Shown here: piece after piece, positions 24,772 to 38,428 of the stretch | Layout of the letters: every line of letters begins with the position of its first letter | Position numbering within the stretch: the first letter of the stretch is position 1 | Source of the DNA: Octopus bimaculoides | Taxonomy: Eukaryota | DNA: 64,000 nt | Reading direction: 5' to 3' | Assembly: GCF_001194135.2 (NCBI RefSeq) | Contig: NC_068983.1 | Span: forward strand, 137,799,806-137,863,805 | The notes under the pieces: generated by a model | Databases searched by the model: none | Seen by the model: only the letters and a program-made list of their open reading frames with translations | Told to the model about the DNA's origin: nothing | Made by a program: the position numbers and the translations under genes

Positions 24772-25312
24772 AGTAAAGTCTATGAGCCAACGTAAATTGG
24801 CAGTCCTGATTAGGACGGTATTACTACCTTTTTTAGCCCCAGGAAAACATCTTTTTCAGCTGGCTATCGACGTACTACTGCGTCCTCATACCTCGAACAA
24901 GGAGCTAATCTCCACACTCAGCCTTAAATGGTACCTGCGGACCACTGGTTTCTGGGTTATTTCTCTTCATCGGCACAGGGTATCCGTTGGTTAGAGATGG
25001 CAGCACTAGGTCTTGTTCGCGGTATGTACCTTTAAAGTGACACACAATCACTGATCTTGAAGGGAGAAAACAATTAGTGCTGCCATCTCTAGCCAACGGT
25101 TATCTTGTACCGATGAAGAGAAATAACCCAGAGACCATTGGTCTGCAGGTACGGTTTAAGGCTGAGTGGGGACATTAGTTTCCTTGTTCGCGGTATAAGG
25201 ATGCAGTTGTGCGTCGATACCCAGCTGGAAAAGATGTTTTTCCGGGGCGAAAACAGGTAGTAACACCGTCCTAATCAGGACTGCCACTTTACGTTGGCAA
25301 ATAGGCTTTACT
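24772..25312. mobile_element. Foldback/MITE-like element with about 237-bp inverted arms and a 66-bp spacer
   Basis: Arms 24772-25008 and 25075-25312 are diverged reverse complements. Termini are AGTAAAG...CTTTACT. Confidence 0.7.
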
Positions 25313-25734
25313 ATGTAGTACCGTTACTAATTTCACGCTCAGAGATTTAAAACTAATTGCTTTTCTCCTTATTTATACATACATACATACATACATACAT
25401 ACATACATACATACATACNNNNNNNNNNTACGTACATACATACATACATGCATACGTACGTGGAATATAAATATTATAAAAAATAATATTACTATTCAGC
25501 AAGAATAAAGCACCAAAACAGGTAGAATTATAAAAGTACAAAGCAGATATACACGAAGTACGATCATTGCTGGAAATAGCAGTTGGTAAGTTATTGGCGC
25601 TATGCAGAGCTCCACTGAAAGTTTACTAGCAGAGATGTTTGAAGGCAGTGAATACAGGAAAATTCTATCTTACTTCTACGGATACCATTAGAAGAATGAA
25701 GGATAATTCAATACTGCAGTTTAAAAGTTTTCGG

Positions 25735-25800
25735 TCCAGGAATTGAAAGCACGATCTCGCGATCGTGATTGAAATACCCTAACCACAAGATCCTGTGCCT
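25735..25800 (-). mobile_element. tRNA-like SINE head fragment
   Basis: Minus strand gtggttagggtattt...gatcgtgctttcaattcctgg with A/B-box-like spacing. Confidence 0.35.
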
Positions 25801-27149
25801 CTACACCCCCTCACAAGCATTCACAGGTATTACATGTCACATATATGACCGGCTTTTGCGCACTTACCGTCTACAAATATCAAATATTTACTGACTTCCT
25901 CCTTATCAGGGAGCATGTAAAGAGAACGATGTCACCTAGCCAATATAAATGTCCAAGACTCGCCACTTTCTGCCAGTCTGAAAATGTTAGTCTCTGACTG
26001 GTCAATTTTAAATTCTGATGGCCATTAACTATAAGCAGTAGATTTTACTTTTCACATCTGTTTATAAAACAAAGCTCAGTAAACGACTGGACTTCTGAAT
26101 CTGCAAATTATTCTCTGTTTCTTCAGTGAACTGTCGCTCTGAACGTTGGTCACCTTTGACTGATTCCCATCAATTTTGAAAGAATTTTATTCATGAATCA
26201 ACGACAGTCTTATTTAAAAGATTATCACTGGAAGCAATTCTTAAGATTTGGTGTATTTTACTCCATTTTATTATTTATGATACAAACCTTGATGCATATA
26301 TTTTCTAATCATTTCTGTCTATATATATTAGCACTGGCTGAAGAGATATGTTTTTACTTTGATACAATTTCCTCGATGCCGGTGTAAAGCATAGAGAAAT
26401 GTCTGTCATTATGATAATTTAATTCTACTTATATATATGCCTCCATAATACACTAACTTTACATTTCAATTGTAACAGAAGTCATAGAAGTTTTTCAGGA
26501 GACGTGGTCGAACGGTTTTTAACTTTTTGGTTTCGTGAGGAGGGAGAAGTGCTCATTAACATTTCAGACCTTATCAAATAGGTAACATCGATGCAGCTGA
26601 TAATGATTTAGAACATCTGTAGACTAATGCATTCAGAACAAAACGTGAGAAACATGTTCTGTACCTCTGGGATATAACTAGAGTATGAGAGATACATGTG
26701 ATAAGAGAGATCGGTTGGACTGAGAATGCAGTAAACTATTTAAGAGAAGCTGATGCCGTTGTAATGTCTGTAAGACGATAAAAAAGAAGTACTAGAACGT
26801 AAGGAACCAGTATATTCATAGTATTGGTACTTGAGTCCTTGCGAATCAGCTGATTGGTAGACATTCTTTTAGATGTAGTCTAGAAGCAAGAAATCTCGTG
26901 TTTATGAGAAAGCAGCTGCACTAGGTTTTGAATGAAGCCGAAGGGCCTTACTTTGGAAGAAGTCTATGATGTTTCTGGCTGAACAAGTTACATCGTTCCA
27001 TATATGTAAAAAGTTTTGTAATCTAGGCTTCATTGAGACTCATAGAGGGTCAGAGCAAGTATTTCTTTTCTCGAGGAAAGGATCCCAGACTTTAGGTTGT
27101 AGTTTTGGTATTATATATATATATAGAGAGAGAGAGAATTAACATTGCT

Positions 27150-27181
<32 letters not shown>

Positions 27182-27315
27182 CGCTATGTGAGGTCTTTAA
27201 GCATTATGAGGTCTTAATATATATTTCAACGTGAGGGCTTTATTTGTATGTTATTCACCCAAACCTAAGTTATCTAAGTTAAGTGCAGAAATTGTTTTTT
27301 CAATTTTGAAGGAAG

Positions 27316-27347
<32 letters not shown>

Positions 27348-28020
27348 TGTATGTATCAATCTATCTATATACATAAAATTTTCTTCTCAAATTCCATGTC
27401 ATCAACTGCAATTTCATCGACATCAACCTCAAAATCTGTCATCGTCATGCTCAATTTCGTTATGATCAGTCTGTGTCTATTATCTTACTATTTGTTTTGA
27501 TTTCGTCATCGTCAATTTTGCCTTTGTAGGATGAGGAGAAATTTTTTTTTATGAACAGACATTGACATCAGCGATTAATTGTCGCAAAATTGTAAAAGAA
27601 TGTAAACATTAAGAGGTTTTGAGAAATATTACAAGTTTTGTGCTATAACAATTGTCGTACCTTGCATTACCGTAAATACACATGTATTTATCACAGATAA
27701 AAATCTACGTACAATACTATATAGATATATAATGCGTCAAGGACAAAAATAAATAACGTCGGTTTAACCTTTTATTCATTATTTCTATTTTTCAACTTTC
27801 TTAAGAGATTCCTAAAAAATATTGCACAATCATTTTGGGTTATTAAAGTCAACCCGGTGTTAATATGTTTACGTAAATACATTTGGCAGAATAAGAGATA
27901 TATGAGTCACCCTTAGTCATTTGCCTCTCAACTTACCGAAAGAAATCTAACCTGGACTGCATAATATAACAACAGCAGCAACACCACCACCACCACCACC
28001 ATCAAATATGTATAATAATT

Positions 28021-28210
28021 CTTTCTACTGGAAGCACAAGGCCTCAAATTTGGGGGAAGGGATTAAGTCAATTACATGCGTATCTGGTACCCCGAAAAGA
28101 TAAAGGTCAAAAGTCGACCTCGAGGAATTTGAACTCAGAACGTAGTGGCAGACGAAATACCGCCCAGCATTTCGCCCGGCGTGCTGACGATTCTACCAGC
28201 TCGCCGCCTT
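28021..28210 (-). mobile_element. SINE-M copy with internal deletion
   Basis: gtcgacctcgaggaatttgaactcagaacg...ttcgcccggcgtgct...agctcgccgcc. Confidence 0.8.
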
Positions 28211-28367
28211 GAACAAATATGTATAATAATGTTTGAGAAAAATTTCTTTCTGTTCTAAGCTAACTTTTTCGCTCTACTTGTATATACCCGAGCTATTTTT
28301 ACATGGTAATATTGTTAACACTCATAAAGGGCACCACAAATTTTCCTTCCTATATATNNNNNNNNNN

Positions 28368-28410
<43 letters not shown>

Positions 28411-29307
28411 ACTTTTAGCCCTTCAAAATGTGTAAAATAGAAGTCTAATAAGACCCATTACTTTTACCTGCTTATTTTGAAAACTAGATCCTCTCCCAGA
28501 TGCTTTGCCAATTTATATCAAGGAAAAAAATAAGTCAAATGATTATATGGGAGTTATCTCCCCGGAGCGTTGTGTTTAGATTTTTACATGCATCAGAAGA
28601 AGCTTATGCTTCTAATTAGATAACCCCATTTAATCGTTGTATTTCAACTTATTATTACGTGTGACCCGTACCATGTTTGTATATAGTATACAGAACACAC
28701 CTTTTAGATGTTTCCCCTTGTATTATTCCTTGCAGATAGTTTCTCATGCATCTTTTTAGACGTCAGATTTTATGTTGACATATTTTGGAGTTTCGTGTTT
28801 CTTTAGTTTTATGATTGTATGTGCTAGGTCGTACGTTTCAGATTTAAAAACACATGGCATTGTGCTTCAAAGATGTTGCCATATGTACGCTTGTTATTTT
28901 TGTCATCGGAGTATACCTTTTGATTGTATTCATTTTATCTTCTATTTCCGCCTTACGTTATGGCTCCATCTTTTAAAATTGTTATTAAGGGATTTCCTTT
29001 TATTTAATCTCTTTTGCGAAATTTAAACAGTTTCTTCTGTTGAATAGTTCCTTTAAACCACATCATTGTTCTCCGTTCATCTGTTTATTCAAGTCTTTTG
29101 TTTACGTCTTATCTGTAAATGAACTGAACTTGAGATTGTTTCGTTTTTTCAGCAGATACAGGGTTTCCCGAAATACTTTGCTGTTGCTTTCGTCTCACGT
29201 TTTCAGACATTACACACATTCACATACTCACAAACACATACGCACAAAAACACACACATACACGCGTATATAAAGAAGAGAGAAAGCGAAATAGAAAGTG
29301 TGTCTGT

Positions 29308-29381
<74 letters not shown>

Positions 29382-29494
29382 NNNNNNNNNNNNNNNNNNN
29401 NNNNNNNNNNNNNNNNNNNNNNNNNNNNNNNNNNNNNNNNNNNNNNNNNNNNNNNNNNNNNNNNNNNNNNNNNNNNNNNNNNNNNNNNNNNNNN

Positions 29495-29554
<60 letters not shown>

Positions 29555-30142
29555 AATAGTTGGTTTTTCATACCTTAGAAGGATTCGACTGAATTAATAA
29601 TCCTCTCAGTGAGACTAAATACCATTTAATAACAAAATCTTTAAATGTTGAGAACGCTTTTGTTGGCTGTAACTGCCTGCTTTAACGAACACTCAAAAAT
29701 AGGGGAAAATTTGAATGAAAACCCCTTTGTTATGATGATATTTAAGAAACACCAAATATAGTGTCGTTTTCTTTTACAATATACACAAAACTATATATTC
29801 TAGCAGGCCAGTGAACTGAGAGAAAGGGTTGTAATATAACATCTAAGATCGTGTATTATTACTGAAATAATTACATTCTAGAGTGTTGATGATAGACATT
29901 TAAGACTAATACACGGTTACATGCACTTGTGCTTTACGCCTGAGTATTATTGCATACTCTAAGATATCAAAGAAGTTCCATTTTGCAAATCTATAGCTAG
30001 AAATAATTCAGTTGAATCTCTGATATGTAGTAGAAGTGTATTAGGGATCAGGTAGTAGATAGATATACGACTAAATTATTCGGCTTAGTAGATTATAATG
30101 CTATTACATAGTAAACCTAAAATGAAACATCGGTATATAGGT

Positions 30143-30232
30143 GCAGGCATGGCTGTGTGATAAGCAGTTTGCTTCTCAACCATATGGTTTTGGGTTCAGT
30201 TCCACTGCGTTGCACTTTCGGCAAGTGTCTTA
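30143..30232 (+). mobile_element. SINE-C head
   Basis: gcaggcatggctgtgtg...gggttcagttccactgcg...ggcaagtgtctt. Confidence 0.7.
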
Positions 30233-30244
30233 TATATAAATGGC

Positions 30245-30667
30245 GTCAATCAAGAATAACAGTGCGGATTTCGCTCTGTTTGTGGCACGATCGACATGAT
30301 CTTTTCTATTCGTCAGGTCGCTGAGAAGGTACGAGAAAAAAAATCAAGATCTGTTCATGATGTTCTTTGGTCTTACTATGGCCTTCGACACTGTTAACCG
30401 GCAAGCGCTTTCGAAAGTTTTGAAAAAGCTTGGTATACCTGACAAGATGTTGAATGTTTTCTTCTTTCTTGAGGGAACGAAAGCTGCTGTTTTGTCCGAT
30501 GGGGTATCTTCAGCTTCCTTCGATGTTACAAACGGCACAATGCAAACTTTTGTGATGGACCCAGGTTTGTTTGCTCTCTTTTTTTATCAGAGATGCTGAA
30601 GTATGCTTCTGGTGACATAGAAAATGGTATTAAATTCCAGTTTTGAACAAGTGGTAGATTATTGAAC
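30245..30667 (+). mobile_element. RTE (BovB-like) RT fragment
   Basis: QCGFRS..GTIDMIFSIRQ..EK; LTMAFDTVNRQAL; FDVTNG. Confidence 0.8.
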
Positions 30668-31030
30668 CATTATTTGATATTATTGAACCATTGTTTGATA
30701 TTAGCATTTCAAAGTTCGTTTCGGCATCTTTTCATTTTCTGCCGACTGAAACTGATTCTGCACCAGTGGATTTTGAAAAAATTAGAATGCATATTTTAGA
30801 AGACATGTGCTTTCTGCCTCCTGTCTTGTAGATATACGTTNNNNNNNNNNGATATTATTGAACCATTGTTTGATATTAGTATTTCAAAGTTCGTTTCGGC
30901 ATCTTTTCATTTTCTGCCGACTGAAACTGATTCTGCACCAGTGGATTTTGAAAAAATTAGAATGCATATTTTAGAAGACATGTGCTTTCTGCCTCCTGTC
31001 TTGTAGATATACGTTAATTACTTGACGGTT

Positions 31031-31100
31031 GGTTACTGAAGAGAATTTGCCTAGTAAATTACTTTATTTACTAAAAGATCCGAAACCTATAGGTCTAACC
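31031..31100 (+). ncRNA. Near-intact type I hammerhead ribozyme with extended helix II
   Basis: GGTTA-CTGAAGA-[helix II 31043-31081]-GAAAC-CTATAG-GTC-TAACC. Helix I is a perfect 5 bp, the core is canonical, helix III is the palindrome ACCTATAGGT, and the GUC site ends at 31095. Confidence 0.8.
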
Positions 31101-33800
31101 GTTAAAAATAAGGTAAAAGTTTTTATTTTTTCTTCCCTTTGAAATGTTTTACTTTGTAGTTTTCGGTCGTTTTTGACTGTCTTCTAGCGTGTAGAAGTTA
31201 CCTGTTATGGGTAATTTCTCCTATACTTTATATATGTATATATGTATATATATATGTATATATATGTATGTATATATATATATATGTATATATGTATATA
31301 TGTATGTATGAGGGCATAACTGTACAAGAATGCTTCACGTTAACTACGTAATATTACTCACTCTTAAGATAGAAAGATGGATAGATAGAGAGGGAGAGAC
31401 AGAAAGAGAGCCAGAGTAAAGGCTACACTTGTGTCAATATGCAAGGAGGTCAAACTTCGAAAACGACTCATAGTAACTTACACAGGTAATTGTAGAGCAA
31501 CTAGAATGAAATGAAGTGTTTTACCAAAGGAAATAAGCCTGTCGGATACACGAACATATGATATTAAATTAGATTACAAGCAGTATTACAAGCATGTCAT
31601 GTCCATGCTAAATAAAAAGTGCACAATTGGTAGAGTGAATAAATTCACTACTTTTCAGCATTTTATTTTGAATCTGTATCTTTTTATTTCTATAAACACC
31701 AGAATGTACCAATCCTTAACTTTGACTGATTCAATCAAATATTCATTGTCTGAATGAGTTCTGCAATGACAGTAATCTTTAAATGAAACTCTTGTGGATA
31801 AATAGATAGGAAAAGTAAGCTACCGACGAGCTGAGTCTTATTATCAATTTCAATTTCTGGATGAAAAAAATTAACTTCATTGTTTTTATTATAAACATTT
31901 CGAGAAACACACGGATCTATCACGGACATATTTTCATATGCTTTCAATTCTTGGAATTTTGTTTTCTTGGTTATGGTTGTGACTTCTGTTTCTTGGGCAG
32001 TGTTAAGAATTAGGACAAAAGTTAGTATAGTTAAATCAAATACGACAAAAACAGTGACGTCTGCGAGTATTTACAAACGGTGACATTATATCTAACAAAA
32101 AGGAACCAGTGTTTTCCTTGTGGCCTAATGAATAATGTATTAGAATTTCAGCTAATTGGCCTTGAATTTAAATTCAGCGTCAGTCACTGTTCCTAAAGGG
32201 AATAAGTGTATGAGATATGTATGTATGTATGTATGCATGCATGCGTGTATATATATTTGTGTGTATATGTGTGTGTGTATGCGTGCTTGTGTGCGTGTGC
32301 ACATGTGTGTGTTTGTGTCAGTGTATGCGTTTGTAGATATGTGTGAATATGTGTTTCATAGACTTGTGGGTTATTGGAAATTCTGAACGTCATCTCATTC
32401 ATGTTCTGTATCAAAAGCAACAGCCAACTCGAGTTTTAATTTCCTACTTGACTACAGTCAGTGTGACATAAGGACGAAATGATTTGGCTCAGCAAATATT
32501 CGTATTTGTTTTACTCTAGGATGCGAAGTTAAAGCAACAAGGATATTGTTGGGGAATCTAAACCAAGGAAGATACTGTGAGACATCAGTAGTTACCTTTC
32601 GAATTATGGCGCGGTTCTCAAATGAGATTCTTCTGTAGTTGAGTTCTGTTTTAGGTTTTTTGTGAGTGACGTATTCAACTTTTCAGTACATCAATACAAA
32701 CTGTATGTCTAGCCGTAAGTCTCAACTACGGAATCTGAGTTTTGAGGAAACTACAAAAATACTAAAAAGAAAAGGGCATAAACAAATAAAGATGGGAGGG
32801 ATTTTGCGTTTTTTCAAGGGATTTAACTATAATTTTTGTTGTCCTAGATACACTGGATATGAAAATAGAATTGAATGGTCACGGCTGATCGCAACCAAGG
32901 TTGGCTTGAAGCTAACGACAGCAAAAACAGTAGCATTTGCAGCGGCAGCAACGGAATATGAACCTGCACACTATGCACTAAATCTGCAGCACCTCTATTT
33001 AGAGACAAAAGCTTGACTTTTATATGACATTAGCGAACAATTCCTGCATAATTCTATCGTAGGTTTATTGTTTTTTTCCCCTTTCAAATATTCTGAAAGA
33101 ACTGTCAATTGTTCAGACCTTGCATGTCCTAAATGTCAAAAAGTCAACGCGCTGATATCAAACGTTTTATGATTACGTTAAAAGCGGAGCCCTTTGATAA
33201 ACTCTTTGACAAATTATCACTCCTGGAATGTACTAAAAGCACTTAAATAAGAAATAAAGGAATAGAAAGCAACAAAGTAAAGACTGCAACAAGCTTACTA
33301 CTAATCCACATTTACAGGAAAGGAAATAACTTTTGTAACGCTTCTTTAATTATATCTCTCTTTAGCGACATGCGTTATTGTTTTAATAACAAAGTCTCAT
33401 TTTCTTCAGTTTTAATTTAGTGATCTTCTGTACTTTAATCAAATAGTATAATTGATTGTTCGATTCTCAGATCTTAATCAACATTTGTTATTTCACACCT
33501 GTTAACGTTTTACACATTTCTTTGAAAAATGAAGCGAAAATGTCATATTTACTGTATTTTTGTTTCAGTGCGTAAGCGCGTGAGCTTATGTATGTATGCA
33601 TGCAGTTGTGTGTGTATGTGAGTGTGTGTGTGTGTGTATGTGTGTGTGCGCGCGCGCGCGCGCGTGCTTTTGCGTGTGAGTATTACAACATTTTGTTGAA
33701 ATTGAACTTTCCACCCTTTATCATTCAATTCAAATTTAACGATTGTATTTGTTCTTAAGAAATAGAATGATTAGTTACGAAAAAGAGCATAGCTAAACAG

Positions 33801-33852
<52 letters not shown>

Positions 33853-34189
33853 GCATATATGCATATATACACACATGCATACATAAATACAAAGAGTAAA
33901 AGAAGATAGGGAGAGAGAGGGAGGATTTTTCAGGAAAAGTCAATATTCAACTTCATTCTGGTTAAATGATTAAAAGCAATCATTTGAAGAAATATGGCGG
34001 CTTAGAAGACAGCGCTGTGTTATTAATCAGTCTGTAACTTCTCCGCCTTCTCCAACTTAAATTTAACTTGTACCATATTTCACTACATCTAGTAAACACC
34101 TACATTTTTCAATATAACTCCCCTTTTCTTGTTAATACTGTTTTTTTTTTATTAGAAAAATAACCCGCAGTGATCATGAACCAATTGAG

Positions 34190-35075
34190 AGAATGGCTCT
34201 ATTCAACAGACATTCTAGATATAGCAATCAAAAATTCCTCAACTCATCCCCTACAATTTTAGAAAATAATGGAAAATGTTATATGTGCATTATGTCTAAG
34301 GAGAGACGGGATGAGCTTGGCTGAGCTAATTTTTCTCTCTTCAGAACAATACACACACGACAGTAAATTTCTCCAGCCACAAAAAATTTAAAGAAAGGGA
34401 GGATGATATAAACTATAAAAGGGAAAGAAAGGAAGGATAGACGCGGTTGGAATACGTTTTATCATAAGGATGCTCGGTGCATGATCAAGGTGGTACTAAA
34501 CAAAAAAGAGCAGCTACTAATAACATCACAATCAAACACGAGAGACCTTTACATGGTCTCTCGACCCTTTGGAAATATAAATCTATAGAACTTCGAATCA
34601 CACTGTACCATTAAAAAAATATAGGACATACTGGGTATGTCCTATATTATATCCGATACATTATGTCTAGAAGAAATTGATTGGATGGTCATAGTTAATT
34701 TACCTTTCACCCGAGGCTAAACAACAACAACACCTATAACATTTCTTTCAAATCTCACCCTGTAGTTTCAGAAGAAAGTACAAATAATATAATGTAATCC
34801 TAGATATACTGAAATGTAAGTTGATGGGATGGGTATGGACGAAACGCTTTTGATTATAGATTATCTCGCTCTGTGTTCATTTACAGCTTTGGAACAGTAA
34901 CGGTGGGAGGTAAGTTATCTTTTGTGGTCTCGCAGAAACGGCAGCGACGTCTCCTACAAATATATCAAACTGTTTTTTTAAAAAAATATCAACACATTCG
35001 ATTATGTACTCCTGGATACACTTTGCATCAATAAAGGAGAGGATGGTCACGACTGGAATCCTTTTGATCATCACG
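34190..35075 (+). repeat. Three decayed copies of one interspersed repeat
   Basis: Recurring blocks (ctag/ggaaatat-like, gatacatt/gatacact, ggatggtca) at about 34190-34325, 34545-34710 and 34925-35075. Confidence 0.35.
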
Positions 35076-35899
35076 CAAACAATGTCAGTACCAAAACCTT
35101 TATTTTCGCAATAACTCAAACCTTGACCACCAATAACAACAGTGATAATTTCACTAATTATTTTACAAATGAGATGTTTAATCCATTTATTATTATTAAC
35201 GACTTCATTCAATAGCCTTTTATATTAACCCTTTATATTAATTAAGCTTCACATATTAACTGTAACTCTCATATTAATTAAACATATTAGCCATCATATA
35301 ACTGATATGACAATATCCAACCACAACCCCTTCAGCACCGCCACTCCTCAATAGCGGCGTCTTCGAAACAAGCCAATGAAGTAGCTTCTATGAAAGCGTT
35401 CGACCTATTTGAAATAATAGTGAAAGTCCCTTAAATCACGATCTGCTGTCTTAAAAGTGGAGGAACACATTGAGATATACTGTGTACTGTATCTGAAAAA
35501 AAAGAAAAAGAAAAGAATAGGTTTGTTCCAGTAAAAAATGACCTGGGCTAAATAAGAACAAGAACAAGAACAATAACAACAAACTATTTTCTCATAAATT
35601 AAAAACTTTGCAATCATTTGCGATGCATTTGTGTATGTACATTTGTGTGAATGTATGTGTGTATGTATGTGTGCAGACGCGCGCGCGCCTGTAAATTTGA
35701 GCAGAAGAACATCTCTTCACAACGTGTTGTTTCTATCAATACATTTCGTTATTTTCTGTGACTTTGTTTTGCTTTGCTTTTGTTTTCTTTAACAAAAGCT
35801 TTGTTTTCCTTAGAGATTTTGGGACATTGTCCGAAGTCTGATCTTGAGCAGAGTATTCTGATATTTTTGATTTGACTATTAACATTGCATTCATCTTGT

Positions 35900-36141
35900 G
35901 TGAAAGTAAAAATAGAAGTAGTCAGATTTAATGAAATAATAACAAAAACGATTGCAAGAGCAACAACAAAATAACAAGAACAAACAGACAAACAGAAATT
36001 ATATGAAAAAGAAAACAGTTACAGCATAAAATGGAGAAGCAGAAGTCGAAGACGAAGAATAAGAATCAGAATAAGAAGAGTAAAGTGAATGAGAAGAACA
36101 AGGAGGTAAAGAGGACAAGAAAGAAAATAATAATAATAATG

Positions 36142-36200
<59 letters not shown>

Positions 36201-36560
36201 CATTATTATTATTGCAAAAGAAGGAGAATAACAAGAATATGTACAAGAGAGCAGTGAAAGAGTACAAGAAGAAAAAGAAATGATGAAGAGGAGAACAGTT
36301 AGAACAAGAATAAAAATATCTTGAAGTCTTAGAACAAGAAAAACATGTGGTGTTAATGGTGGTGGTGGTAGTGGCGGCGTTGGTAGTAGTAGTAGTAATG
36401 GTAATTAGGAGAAGAAGAAGAAGAAGGAGGAGAAGATGATGAGGAGGGGGAAGCAAATGAAAATGGAAAACAAGTCCCATAAGATGGAAAAATGGAGAAG
36501 AAAGATATTTTCGAAAGAGAAACAGAGATAGAAAAAAAATGTTGGAAAATAAATAACATA
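35900..36560. repeat. Compound low-complexity tract (AAC/AAG/ATA/TAG/GAG)
   Basis: Direct reading; the source of the poly-I, poly-Y and K/N-rich ORFs. Confidence 0.8.
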
Positions 36561-37894
36561 AATGCCCCAAATATAGCAAAAGTTTTACATGAAGTAGAAT
36601 AATAGAAATGTGTTTATTAGTTTTAACAAAAGATATTCCCTGTATATTTTTTCGGAGTTGGGAAATAGGAAATGCAATCAATAAACTTAACAACTGTTAA
36701 ACTATCAGCCTGGGAATACAAAGAAGAGAGGGAGAGAGAGAGGGGGGGGGGCGAAATAGTGATAGCTAGAACGACAGTCAGAAGGAAGGAGAGTTAGATA
36801 CAGCAAGAGATAAACAGTTTGATGAATGAGTGACGGTGTAACACACACACACACACTGATACACACACACATACATGCACGCGCACACACACACACACAC
36901 ACATACACACTTTTGATATATATGTATATAGTAATTTCATTTGGTTGCTTTNNNNNNNNNNNNNNNNNNNNNNNNNNNNNNNNNNNNNNNNNNNNNNNNN
37001 NNNNNNNNNNNNNNNNNNNNNNNNNNNNNNNNNNNNNNNNNNNNNNNNNNNNNNNNNNNNNNNNNNNNNNNNNNNNNNNNNNNNNNNNNNNNNNNNNNNN
37101 NNNNNNNNNNNNNNNNNNNNNNNNNNNNNNNNNNNNNNNNNNNNNNNNNNNNNNNNNNNNNNNNNNNNNNNNNNNNNNNNNNNNNNNNNNNNNNNNNNNN
37201 NNNNNNNNNNNNNNNNNNNNNNNNNNNNNNNNNNNNNNNNNNNNNNNNNNNNNNNNNNNNNNNNNNNNNNNNNNNNNNNNNNNNNNNNNNNNNNNNNNNN
37301 NNNNNNNNNNNNNNNNNNNNNNNNNNNNNNNNNNNNNNNNNNNNNNNNNNNNNNNNNNNNNNNNNNNNNNNNNNNNNNNNNNNNNNNNNNNNNNNNNNNN
37401 NNNNNNNNNNNNNNNNNNNNNNNNNNNNNNNNNNNNNNNNNNNNNNNNNNNNNNNNNNNNNNNNNNNNNNNNNNNNNNNNNNNNNNNNNNNNNNNNNNNN
37501 NNNNNNNNNNNNNNNNNNNNNNNNNNNNNNNNNNNNNNNNNNNNNNNNNNNNNNNNNNNNNNNNNNNNNNNNNNNNNNNNNNNNNNNNNNNNNNNNNNNN
37601 NNNNNNNNNNNNNNNNNNNNNNNNNNNNNNNNNNNNNNNNNNNNNNNNNNNNNNNNNNNNNNNNNNNNNNNNNNNNNNNNNNNNNNNNNNNNNNNNNNNN
37701 NNNNNNNNNNNNNNNNNNNNNNNNNNNNNNNNNNNNNNNNNNNNNNNNNNNNNNNNNNNNNNNNNNNNNNNNNNNNNNNNNNNNNNNNNNNNNNNNNNNN
37801 NNNNNNNNNNNNNNNNNNNNNNNNNNNNNNNNNNNNNNNNNNNNNNNNNNNGGTAGCAGAAGAAACAGAAAGACACAGACACACATACACATCT

Positions 37895-38276
37895 AGGGCG
37901 ATAGTAGAAGGCACTTACCTAAGGCGGCGAGCTGGCTGAAACGTTAGCACGCCGTTTAGCCCCTTGTGGGCAATAAAGAAATTAGAAACGTTAGCACGCC
38001 GGGCGAAATGCTTAGCGGTATTTCTTCTGTCTTTGTGTTCTGAGTTCAAAATCCGCCGAGGTCGACTTTGCCTTTCATCCTTTCGGGGGTCGATAAATTA
38101 AGCACCAGTTGCGTACTGGTGTCGATGTAATCGACTGGCCCCCTCCCCAAAAATTTCGGGCTTTGTGCTAAGAGTAGAAAAGAGAAGGCACTTATCTAAT
38201 TTCCGCGCAATGGGGCCGAACCCGAAACCACGTTGTTGCAAAGCGCGCTTGTTAACTATACGGCTATGCCTGCATA
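37895..38276 (-). mobile_element. SINE-C head split by a SINE-M insertion
   Basis: atagtagaaggcactt...gaacccgaaaccacg...cggctatgcctgca matches the SINE-C head in reverse. Confidence 0.7.
37923..38182 (+). mobile_element. SINE-M full-length with 17-bp TSD
   Basis: TSD AGAAGGCACTTA(C/T)CTAA at 37906-37922 and 38183-38199. Confidence 0.9.
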
Positions 38277-38380
38277 TTTGACCGTCTCTCTCTCTGTTTC
38301 TCTGTATATATATATAATAAAATGAGACAGCAAACCCAAGACTGTGTGGAATTTTCAGGACATTTATAAGGAGAAAGTTA

Positions 38381-38428
38381 GTCTTACAACTGTTTCTGAG
38401 ATATTAGGGATACCCCTTCATCAGAGAC
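38381..38428 (-). ncRNA. Type I hammerhead ribozyme (family zeta)
   Basis: Minus strand GTCT-CTGATGA-AGGGGTAT-CCCTA-ATATCTCA-GAAAC-AGTT-GTA-AGAC. Confidence 0.7.

Noticed and set aside
26635-26781. LYLWD...YLREADAVV resembling a small GTPase pseudogene
   Set aside because: In-frame stop, W-to-Y spacing 8 residues too long, and no G1 (GxxxxGKS) or NKxD motif.
30676-31015. 165-bp direct repeat
   Set aside because: The copies flank a 10-N gap and differ by one base, consistent with overlapping allelic contig ends.
34877-35212. 111-aa ORF with superficial ligand-binding or transferrin-like look, and a 23-nt AG..GT microexon at 34887-34909
   Set aside because: It overlaps decayed copies of an interspersed repeat, the cysteine and motif spacing does not fit, and there is no other support.
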